Assembly (NCBI GenBank): GCA_038841535.1 | Contig: JAWBTQ010000016.1 | Coordinates: 14,047-28,107, forward strand | Direction: 5' to 3' | DNA: 14,061 nucleotides | DNA from: Sulfolobales archaeon | Lineage (GTDB): Archaea > Thermoproteota > Thermoprotei_A > Sulfolobales > NBVN01 | Part shown: positions 8,023 through 14,061 of the stretch, piece after piece | Numbering within the stretch: the stretch's first letter is position 1 | Layout of the letters: every line of letters starts with the position of its first letter | The notes under the pieces: generated by a model | Seen by the model: the letters and a program-made list of their open reading frames with translations, nothing else | The model's database searches: none | Told to the model about the DNA's origin: nothing | Program-made: the position numbers and the translations under genes

Positions 8023-8818
8023 CCTTCCCGAGAGCTTCCTCTACTTCACTCTCCCTCAGGGAGAGCACTATGAACGCTAGCGAGAGTCCGGCTGCGACAG
8101 CTAGTGCCTCAAATAGGTTGAAGAAGATTAGAGTTCCGCCCGTCGGGCGATCGAGTAGCCAGGAAGGCATCGATAAAGGTGAGCCCTCTCTAGCTATGTT
8201 TTGAAATATGTAAGCGTGAGTGCCTAGTGCGAGACCTAGCACAAGCAAAGCTACTGAAGTTGTGAGTACCCCGACTAACCCGATAGACCTGAGAGTGAGG
8301 AGTCTGCTACTAGTGATGCCCTTCTCTATGACGAAGTCTAGAGAGAATACTACGGACATCAGCACTAGTAGCACAGCTATGAAGGACCCTCCCTGGAAGC
8401 CACCCCCAGGTGTGAGGTGTCCGTGGATAGCTATTGAAATACCTGCTATTAGTATGAGGGGTGTGAGAACCCTCGTAGAGGTCTTGACTATCTCGGAGAG
8501 GCCTCTCCCACTTAAACCCAGCTTCTCCCGGTATCCTCTAAACACTAGAGCAACCCCCACGATTGACACGAAGAGCACGGACGTCTCAAAGAACGTGTCG
8601 AGGCCTCTGTAGTCCCAAACTATTGCTGTAACAGCCTCTAGAGATAGAGCACTTTTAGTGATATTCCAGGGATTGTACGTGTTGGCTAGGTAAGAGACTG
8701 CTAAGTCCCTAAGCCTGCTTGGAGCGATAGGACCTAGACCTCCAGCTCCGATAGTGTACGCTAGAAGAACTACCATTAAAGCTATAGAAACAGCTATAAC
8801 AGCCTCCCGCAGGTTCAA
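8006..8818 (-). CDS. mrpB: Mrp/Mnh subunit B with N-terminal MbhE-like domain (MbhE+MbhF-type fusion)
   Basis: AVTAIVWDYRGLDTFFE (MbhE/MrpA C-terminal motif) followed by HGHLTPGGGFQGG (MrpB); TTG start in a TTGA overlap. Confidence 0.88.
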   Translation of the reverse strand: MNLREAVIAVSIALMVVLLAYTIGAGGLGPIAPSRLRDLAVSYLANTYNPWNITKSALSLEAVTAIVWDYRGLDTFFETSVLFVSIVGVALVFRGYREKLGLSGRGLSEIVKTSTRVLTPLILIAGISIAIHGHLTPGGGFQGGSFIAVLLVLMSVVFSLDFVIEKGITSSRLLTLRSIGLVGVLTTSVALLVLGLALGTHAYIFQNIAREGSPLSMPSWLLDRPTGGTLIFFNLFEALAVAAGLSLAFIVLSLRESEVEEALGKGEWYE

Positions 8819-9066
8819 CTCTCATACCTCTCAGTCTTCTTTATTAGCAGAACTGTGACTGCGGGCAGTATTCCCACAGAGACTGGGATGTACACTAACA
8901 CTATGTCTGGAGCCATTAGAACGTAGTAGATTAGTGCGTACGCTGTACTCTGAACAGCTGAAAAAACCACTGCAGAAAGCATGTCTCTAGATCTTACGGC
9001 TAAGAACGTCGCTATTATTGACAAGAGAGCGGCCACTGCGGCAATCGATATGGGCACGACTTCCAC
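8815..9066 (-). CDS. MbhD/DUF4040-like small membrane subunit (fragment of the MrpA C-terminus)
   Basis: RDMLSAVV, YYVLMAPDIVL motif; three TM helices; SD GGGGTGA and TAGTG overlap. Confidence 0.82.
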   Translation of the reverse strand: MEVVPISIAAVAALLSIIATFLAVRSRDMLSAVVFSAVQSTAYALIYYVLMAPDIVLVYIPVSVGILPAVTVLLIKKTERYES

Positions 9067-9440
9067 TACTCATCACCCCTATCTCTTAGGGCGTCATGAA
9101 GTATGGGTTCCCTTGGTGCTTCACCGGAGAGATAGGCTGCTCTCGCTATAGCGTGGGAACCTGCTTGAGCTAAGACCATCAGTAGTATGCTACTAGCAAA
9201 AGCTGCTCCCGCAAGAAAGAACCTGGGGGGACCTAAATAGTCCGCACCTAGAGCTACGAGAGCGGACCCTATCATGGGGACTACGGCACCTCCTATAGCA
9301 CCAGCTGTAGCTGCGTGAAGCCTCGTAAAGAAGTTCGGCAGTCTGAGTAGACCTATGGCACCCACGAAGTCGTAGAAGACTCCAATAGAGATGAGGACTA
9401 GACCTAGGGTCACTAGGACGAGGTCTATCAACTTACCCAC
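9066..9440 (-). CDS. mrpG: Mrp/Mnh antiporter subunit G (MbhC-like)
   Basis: GAIGLLRLPNFFTRLHAAT and GSHAIARAAY signatures. Confidence 0.92.
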   Translation of the reverse strand: MGKLIDLVLVTLGLVLISIGVFYDFVGAIGLLRLPNFFTRLHAATAGAIGGAVVPMIGSALVALGADYLGPPRFFLAGAAFASSILLMVLAQAGSHAIARAAYLSGEAPREPILHDALRDRGDE

Positions 9441-9717
9441 CCATCTCCTTAGCCTCCAGGTACTTCGCTATGTAGATATCGAAGGCGTATACCCAGAGAG
9501 CTAGGGCTAGACCTGATACTACCATGAGGGGGGACCTAAGGAGAATAGATAGAACAACCATGAACGCCGCTAGGTCGTACCCTAGGGAGTCTACAGCTAG
9601 AACTCTATCCGGTATTGTAGGTCCTCTAACAACGCGAACTACGTAGAGCAAAAACGACGCCACATATAACGGGATGAGTACGGTCAGTACCGAAGTAACT
9701 AAAGCCTCTATGTTCAT
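9433..9717 (-). CDS. mrpF: Mrp/Mnh antiporter subunit F (MbhB-like); first gene of the cluster
   Basis: RVVRGPTIPDRVLAVD signature; C-terminal IAKYLE. Confidence 0.92.
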   Translation of the reverse strand: MNIEALVTSVLTVLIPLYVASFLLYVVRVVRGPTIPDRVLAVDSLGYDLAAFMVVLSILLRSPLMVVSGLALALWVYAFDIYIAKYLEAKEMGG

Positions 9718-9745
9718 ACACAGACTACCGCAATCATGCTACAAC

Positions 9746-9765
9746 CTAAAGCATATAAGCTTTAG
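9746..9765 (-). promoter_or_regulatory. mrp operon promoter: TATA element (TTATAT) embedded in a 20-bp near-perfect palindrome
   Basis: CTAAAGC-ATATAA-GCTTTAG; the minus-strand TTATAT (9758-9753) ends about 35 nt before the mrpF ATG. Confidence 0.6.
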
Positions 9766-9769
9766 AGCT

Positions 9770-9824
9770 CCCACAAAAGCAGAACTACTAGAACTATTGA
9801 GTAAGGTAGGAAGCCCACAAAAGC
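9770..9824. repeat. 11-bp direct repeat CCCACAAAAGC (two copies) enclosing a tandem AGAACTA repeat
   Basis: Copies at 9770-9780 and 9814-9824; AGAACTA at 9781-9787 and 9790-9796. Confidence 0.6.
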
Positions 9825-9896
9825 CGGCTCGAATTCTCTCAGAGACACTTACTTTAGAGAAATAGTTCAATGCGGCAACTATCACACAAACCTAAA

Positions 9897-10007
9897 GATG
9901 TCGATAAGGTGTAGCTAAAGGCGGTTAACCCCCGTCCTCTTATACCGTTTAGAGCTTGCAAGAAGCTGGATTCAGCAACTATTGCTCAGGGTAGATCTAT
10001 CGACATC
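9897..10007. other. 111-bp element with perfect 10-bp terminal inverted repeats (candidate structured RNA or MITE-like element)
   Basis: GATGTCGATA (9897-9906) and TATCGACATC (9998-10007), AAA on both flanks, three short internal hairpins. Confidence 0.35.
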
Positions 10008-10034
10008 AAAGCTGGGAGTGTGGAACTGCGTTAG

Positions 10035-10667
10035 GTGGGAGCAAGCCGGTTAAACCAGCTAACTTCGGGACCTTGGAGTATCTTACGTATTTATGCTCTA
10101 CACCTAAGCTATGTAGGGAATAAAGCGTCTAGACTACTTGAGGTCTATACTTTTGAGTATGTCGAGAAAGACGTTGTTGACTCAGTATTAGGTTCTGTCT
10201 CAAGGGTTTTAGGCTTTGACTCTCGCTACGCTGGGATACTCACGTTGCCTGAAGAAATCTTTGATAGAGCTCGAGGTCAGTACATGGCCGAGCCTGCTAC
10301 GAGGTTAGTAGCTTACCGCAAGAGCCCCAACTCGGTGGGTCTTCTACTAGCTGACGCCGATGCCTACGTACTTGGCCTCAACTTCGTCTTCGGTCTAGCT
10401 ATTCCGGAGTTAGAGGTCGCATCGGTCTTCCTTAAGAGGTTGAGGCTGTGGACGGGCAGAGGGAACTACGTAGTTAGAGTCGTTAAGGAAGTGCTTCACG
10501 AGCTAGGGCACGTCCTAGGGTTAAAGCACTGCAGGAACAGAGAGTGTGTAATGAGCTTCAGTAACAGCGTATTCGATGTAGATAGAAAGCGCTATATGTT
10601 CTGCCGGAGCTGTGCGCAAACGCTGAGTAAAGTAGGTATAGAACTCCCGAAGGAGTATGTTATCTAG
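10035..10667 (+). CDS. amzA: Archaemetzincin zinc metalloprotease (peptidase M54)
   Basis: LNFVFGLA, KEVLHELGHVLGLKHC.N.ECVMSFSNS...VDRK...FCRSC: HEXXHXXGXXH plus the Cys4 zinc site. Start uncertain. Confidence 0.92.
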   Translation: MGASRLNQLTSGPWSILRIYALHLSYVGNKASRLLEVYTFEYVEKDVVDSVLGSVSRVLGFDSRYAGILTLPEEIFDRARGQYMAEPATRLVAYRKSPNSVGLLLADADAYVLGLNFVFGLAIPELEVASVFLKRLRLWTGRGNYVVRVVKEVLHELGHVLGLKHCRNRECVMSFSNSVFDVDRKRYMFCRSCAQTLSKVGIELPKEYVI

Positions 10668-11166
10668 GAAACACCTCTAACTCTAGGAGAGAACCGCAGC
10701 GTGGGCAGACCCCGGGAGAAGTCCCCGCGTAGCCACAGCTCCTGCACCTGTATGAGTACTTACTGGGTCTACTCTTCTCTACGTACTTAATTCCGTGGAC
10801 TTGAATCCCGAGGGATAGAGCTACGTCTTGAACGAGCTTGTCGTCTGTGTAGAGAATGACGCTACCGCACTTCTTCTTAACGTACTCCGCTAGTGCTAGA
10901 ACCTCTATATCGGTTTGAGTGAGCTCCTTGAGTAGGCCTAGCTCTCTAGCTTTAGACTTAATAGATGCTACATGCTCACTAGGTGGAGAAAGCACTACTA
11001 GCTTGCCTGAAGCTTGAGCGAACTCTAGCCGCATCCTGCTACTACTATCTAAGACCTCTCTCACGACTCCCTCAGTTGTGTAGAAGAGCCCGTAGCTCAG
11101 TTCAACTCCTGCGAACATAGCCGCCGAGTCCAGGACTATAGTACTCTTTCTGCAGTCTACAGGCAT
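10660..11166 (-). CDS. nob1: NOB1-family endonuclease (PIN domain plus Zn ribbon), rRNA maturation
   Basis: IVLDSAAM, VVREV, LTQTDIEVLALA, YTDDKLVQDVA acidic PIN residues; CRSC...CPRCGS. Overlaps amzA convergently by 8 bp. Confidence 0.88.
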   Translation of the reverse strand: MPVDCRKSTIVLDSAAMFAGVELSYGLFYTTEGVVREVLDSSSRMRLEFAQASGKLVVLSPPSEHVASIKSKARELGLLKELTQTDIEVLALAEYVKKKCGSVILYTDDKLVQDVALSLGIQVHGIKYVEKSRPSKYSYRCRSCGYAGTSPGVCPRCGSLLELEVFPR

Positions 11167-12023
11167 CTCTCGAATACCTTTGAGAAGTAGTCTTCAGCAA
11201 AGAACCTAATGACTCTAGCGGGCTTAGGTGCCTTCGAGATAGTGACCGAAGAACCCGGCTCAAGCCTTAGGAAGAGTACTCCGTCTAAGTATAGCTCAAC
11301 TGGGTGTGAGTCACCTCCTACTTCAACAGTTACCTTAACATAGTCGGGTAGGACTACGGGTCTAGAGCATAAAGAGATCGGAGCTAGAGGTGTGACCACT
11401 ATGGCCTCCATGAGGGGATCCACGATAGGCCCTCCCGCTGCTAGGCTGTATGCTGTCGAGCCTATAGGTGTAGACGTTATCACTCCATCTCCCACTACAG
11501 TGAGCACTCTCTCCGGTAGACTACCGTGAGAGTGCTTCATGACCCTGAGTCTACAGACCTTGCCTCTAGAGTCAGATGAGGTCGTTACTACCGCGTCATT
11601 AAGTATGTAGGGTATGTTCCCAGCACCCTCGGTCTGCACCGCTAACCTCATGTACTGGTGCATCGAGTACACACCACTAAGAAGCCTATCGATCGCTAGT
11701 GTGAAATCGTGTGGTGGGACATCAGCCAGAAACCCCCTCTTTCCGTGCCTGATCGTTAGAATAGGTACCTCTAGGTCTCGAAGCAAGTGCATCGTCCTAA
11801 GGATAGTTCCGTCTCCACCTACGACAGCAACTACGTCTACTTTGTCTACTCCTAGGCTGAAGTACCTAAGCCAGTCGATTAGGCCCTTAGTGCGAGAGTC
11901 CATGTAGACTCTTAAGCCGCGTTTCTCAGCGTACTCAGCTATCCTAAGAGCTAGGCTGAGAGCCTCGGCACTGTTGAGCTTAGGAACAACTCCTAAAGAC
12001 TTGAACCAGCTGGTGTCGTACAG
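11157..12023 (-). CDS. nadK: NAD(+)/NADH kinase
   Basis: VVGGDGTILR, GKRGFLA, LNDAVV, GDGVITSTPIGSTAYSLAAGGPIV, TPLAP. The frame continues upstream of the track's ATG 11903 with a typical N-terminus (FKSLGVVPK..EALSLALRIAEYAEKRGLRVYMD); proposed start CTG 12023. Confidence 0.92.
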   Translation of the reverse strand: MYDTSWFKSLGVVPKLNSAEALSLALRIAEYAEKRGLRVYMDSRTKGLIDWLRYFSLGVDKVDVVAVVGGDGTILRTMHLLRDLEVPILTIRHGKRGFLADVPPHDFTLAIDRLLSGVYSMHQYMRLAVQTEGAGNIPYILNDAVVTTSSDSRGKVCRLRVMKHSHGSLPERVLTVVGDGVITSTPIGSTAYSLAAGGPIVDPLMEAIVVTPLAPISLCSRPVVLPDYVKVTVEVGGDSHPVELYLDGVLFLRLEPGSSVTISKAPKPARVIRFFAEDYFSKVFERCL

Positions 12024-12027
12024 AGTT

Positions 12028-12255
12028 TCAGCCCCACAGAGCTCTAGATGCGGAGAGCCCGGCTAGATTCTCCGGTGCTTTAATAATATAGTACCCCAAT
12101 CGCACTATCTCGATTTTACTAGTCTCTCGAGATATCGTAGCGAAACTACTTATGAAATCCTCTAGAGTTGCCAGCACGCTGTCCCATTTAATAGCCTTCA
12201 CCACGGCTCCATCATCAATAAATCGAGTGCGGTATGACCTTATAAACGTTTCCAC
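12028..12255 (-). CDS. Possible small hypothetical protein
   Basis: 75-codon ORF whose TGA lies within the putative nadK SD. No recognisable motif, and it contains TATA-like elements, so it may be non-coding. Confidence 0.2.
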   Translation of the reverse strand: METFIRSYRTRFIDDGAVVKAIKWDSVLATLEDFISSFATISRETSKIEIVRLGYYIIKAPENLAGLSASRALWG

Positions 12256-12445
12256 TATTCACTAAGCTTAACGCTAAACCCTTCTTCCAGTCCCGCCTCA
12301 GCTGGTGATCGATGCTGGGTTATGAGTTTGTGATACCCGTAGTCCACAGGAGGACTTCATGATACAGGCTCTCTCGTAGTACCCTCTGATTGCTGACAAG
12401 AATGGGTATAAGCCTCAGCGAAACGTATTTTGCGGTAGTAGGCTG

Positions 12446-13522
12446 GTGGTGGAAGAGGTTATTAGGTTAGCTGAGTGTGTGGAAGTCGAGAGTGTGAGTG
12501 CTGAGAGAGCTATTGCGCTACTTCGAAGCCACGGTCTCCTCCTACCTAGTCATCTCGCGAAGAGCGACCGGCTGCGTAAGGTAGTTAGGGTCCCAGTAGT
12601 AGATGGTACTACTTCACTAGCTTCCGATGTCCTGCGTGAATACGGTATCTCTTCGATACCCTGCGTTGATGTTTTTAAAGCTGGATTTAGGAGAGTACGC
12701 TTTACTGACTTACTCCGCAGTGTTCTCCCAGACGAAGTATTGCGTAAAGTGCCGAGGTCCTATCAGTTAGTCGGCAGTATAGCCATTATCCACCTCCCTG
12801 AAGACCTTCTGAGCTACGGCTCCGTAGTAGGTGAAGCAATAGCTAGAGTTTCGCCAGGTGTAAAAGCTGTTTACACTTCAATAGCTACAGAGGGTGAGTT
12901 TAGAGTCAGGAGGTTAGCTAGGATATGGGGTGAAGACGTGTCGGAAACAGTTCACACTGAGTACGGAATTAAACTGTGTATTGACATAAAGAAGGTTTAC
13001 TTCAACCCAACGCTATCTTACGAACACTGGAGAGTCTCCGAAGAGGTTAGAGACGGAGAGAGAGTGCTGGATCTATTCTCTGGGGTTGGACCTTACTCTC
13101 TTCACATAGCGTCGAAGAGGAACGCTACGTGTTTCGCTGTAGACTCAAACCCGTGGGCGATAGTGTACTTAGTTAAGTCAATTAGGCTAAACAAGCTGAG
13201 GGGTAGGGTAGTGCCCGTGCTGTCTAGAGTTGAGGAGTTTTTAGAGCTAGCTAGCGAGGAAGCCTTTAGTAGGGTAATAATAGACCTACCGCATAAGTCT
13301 CTCGAGTACTTATGCGACGTACTGAGAATTCTCTCATGCGGTGGCGTAGGGCACGTCTATGCTGTGAGTAGAGATGAACCCCCTGAACTCAAACCTCTTA
13401 AAAGCGCTTACATCACTGAAGTCAGAAAAGTTCTGGAGTACGCACCTAGGAAGTATATCTATGGCTTAAAGCTAGTTAAAACATGCGGTAACACTAAAAA
13501 GACCCCTAGCCCCCAGTCCTGA
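12446..13522 (+). CDS. trm5: tRNA (guanine37-N1)-methyltransferase, Trm5/TYW2 family, with N-terminal D1-like domain
   Basis: VPRSYQLVGSIAII, GEFRVR, TVHTEYG, KVYFNPTLSYEH, SAM motif VLDLFSGVGPY, VDSNPWA, RVIIDLP, VLEYAP. Confidence 0.87.
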   Translation: MVEEVIRLAECVEVESVSAERAIALLRSHGLLLPSHLAKSDRLRKVVRVPVVDGTTSLASDVLREYGISSIPCVDVFKAGFRRVRFTDLLRSVLPDEVLRKVPRSYQLVGSIAIIHLPEDLLSYGSVVGEAIARVSPGVKAVYTSIATEGEFRVRRLARIWGEDVSETVHTEYGIKLCIDIKKVYFNPTLSYEHWRVSEEVRDGERVLDLFSGVGPYSLHIASKRNATCFAVDSNPWAIVYLVKSIRLNKLRGRVVPVLSRVEEFLELASEEAFSRVIIDLPHKSLEYLCDVLRILSCGGVGHVYAVSRDEPPELKPLKSAYITEVRKVLEYAPRKYIYGLKLVKTCGNTKKTPSPQS

Positions 13523-13654
13523 GGACCGATCACTTTCAATAAGTAGACTATAGTCAAAACTGAGGTTTCTCTATCAAGCAAAACCCATAGTACTTCTCGA
13601 GCCATCAACTAAACACTAGTTAAAAAGAGAGCTAAACTTAAAAGACACTAACTC

Positions 13655-14061
13655 TTACGAAGTTAGATAATCGAGTATCTTCTTGAACTTCCTTAGGTCC
13701 TCTATTCCCTCCTTTAAGTACTCAAGTCCGTACTCAGTAATGCTGTAGAGCTTTCTTGCGGCTCCCCGCTCACTGGTCTCCCACTTAGATAGTACCATAC
13801 CCTTTTCCTCAAGAATTGAGAGTATGGTGTATATAGCTGAACCGGGAACATCGATGTCTAGCTTACTCTTGAGGGTTTCTCTTATTTCACTGCCGTGAAG
13901 AGGTTTCTCCTCTAGTAGCTTCAAGACTAGTAAGTGTAGTGGTCCTCGAACAGGGAAGTGCTTGTGGTGCCTATGGTGTTTGTGGTGCCAGTGGTGGTGG
14001 CAACCGTGGTGCCCTTTGTGGTGCTCGAAGAACTCCTCGTGCTCTTCTCCAAGTTCCTCTG
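13655..14061 (-). CDS. PadR-family winged-helix regulator with His-rich N-terminal extension; 5' end outside the window
   Basis: RGPLHLLVLKLLEEKPLHGSEI, GSAIYTILSILEEKGMV.SKW, ARKLYSITEYG. The frame is open from the track's TTG 13924 to the window edge: EELGEEHEEFFEHHKGHHGCHHHWHHKHHRHHKHFPVRGP. Confidence 0.9.
   Translation of the reverse strand, partial: EELGEEHEEFFEHHKGHHGCHHHWHHKHHRHHKHFPVRGPLHLLVLKLLEEKPLHGSEIRETLKSKLDIDVPGSAIYTILSILEEKGMVLSKWETSERGAARKLYSITEYGLEYLKEGIEDLRKFKKILDYLTS

Noticed and set aside
1380-8612. Plus-strand ORFs 1380-1577, 2032-2283, 3369-3554, 4491-4763, 5149-5553, 6310-6549, 7027-7209, 7983-8204, 8220-8612 and alternate-frame minus ORF 3252-3593
   Set aside because: They overlap well-supported genes, are largely Ser/Thr/Pro/Ala-rich shadow translations and show no motifs.
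9674-9865. 63-aa plus-strand ORF
   Set aside because: Overlaps the mrpF start and its promoter elements in antisense; no recognisable motif.
10060-10070. TAACTTCGGGA, reminiscent of a 23S rRNA segment
   Set aside because: Only 11 nt; the flanks do not continue as rRNA.
11614-11907. 97-aa plus-strand ORF
   Set aside because: Antisense shadow of nadK.
12160-12220. Possible C/D box sRNA (minus-strand TGATGA about 25 nt after TTTATAA)
   Set aside because: No CTGA D box or C' box at the expected distance.
13958-14041. GTGGTG-rich repeats as a DNA repeat or CRISPR remnant
   Set aside because: Explained by CAC His codons on the minus strand; no repeat-spacer periodicity. No CRISPR array was seen in the window.

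Overview
Archaeal DNA, most likely a thermophilic Thermoproteota/crenarchaeote (archaemetzincin, NOB1, Trm5, TATA-box promoters, GGGGTGA/GGAGGTG ribosome-binding sites). Bases 1-9717 hold a minus-strand, 13-gene energy-conservation cluster in two blocks. The first is a 7-gene Mrp/Mnh cation-proton antiporter module (F, G, DUF4040, B, C, E, D). After an internal promoter comes the second block: a GltD-like NAD(P)H flavoprotein lacking Fe-S clusters, a 4x[4Fe-4S] HycB-like protein, a HycC-like subunit apparently split in two, HycD, and a group 4 [NiFe]-hydrogenase large subunit (HycE-like, missing from the ORF track, cut by the left edge). The right part holds amzA, nob1, nadK, trm5 and a PadR-family regulator cut by the right edge. 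Main points of interest: an NAD(P)H-linked Mrp-hydrogenase with no formate or CO dehydrogenase visible; a PadR with a 15-His-in-28-residue N-terminal tract (possible Ni/metal sensor); an MrpD whose central charged residues are altered; two probable CTG start codons; promoter palindromes; and a 111-bp element bounded by inverted repeats.
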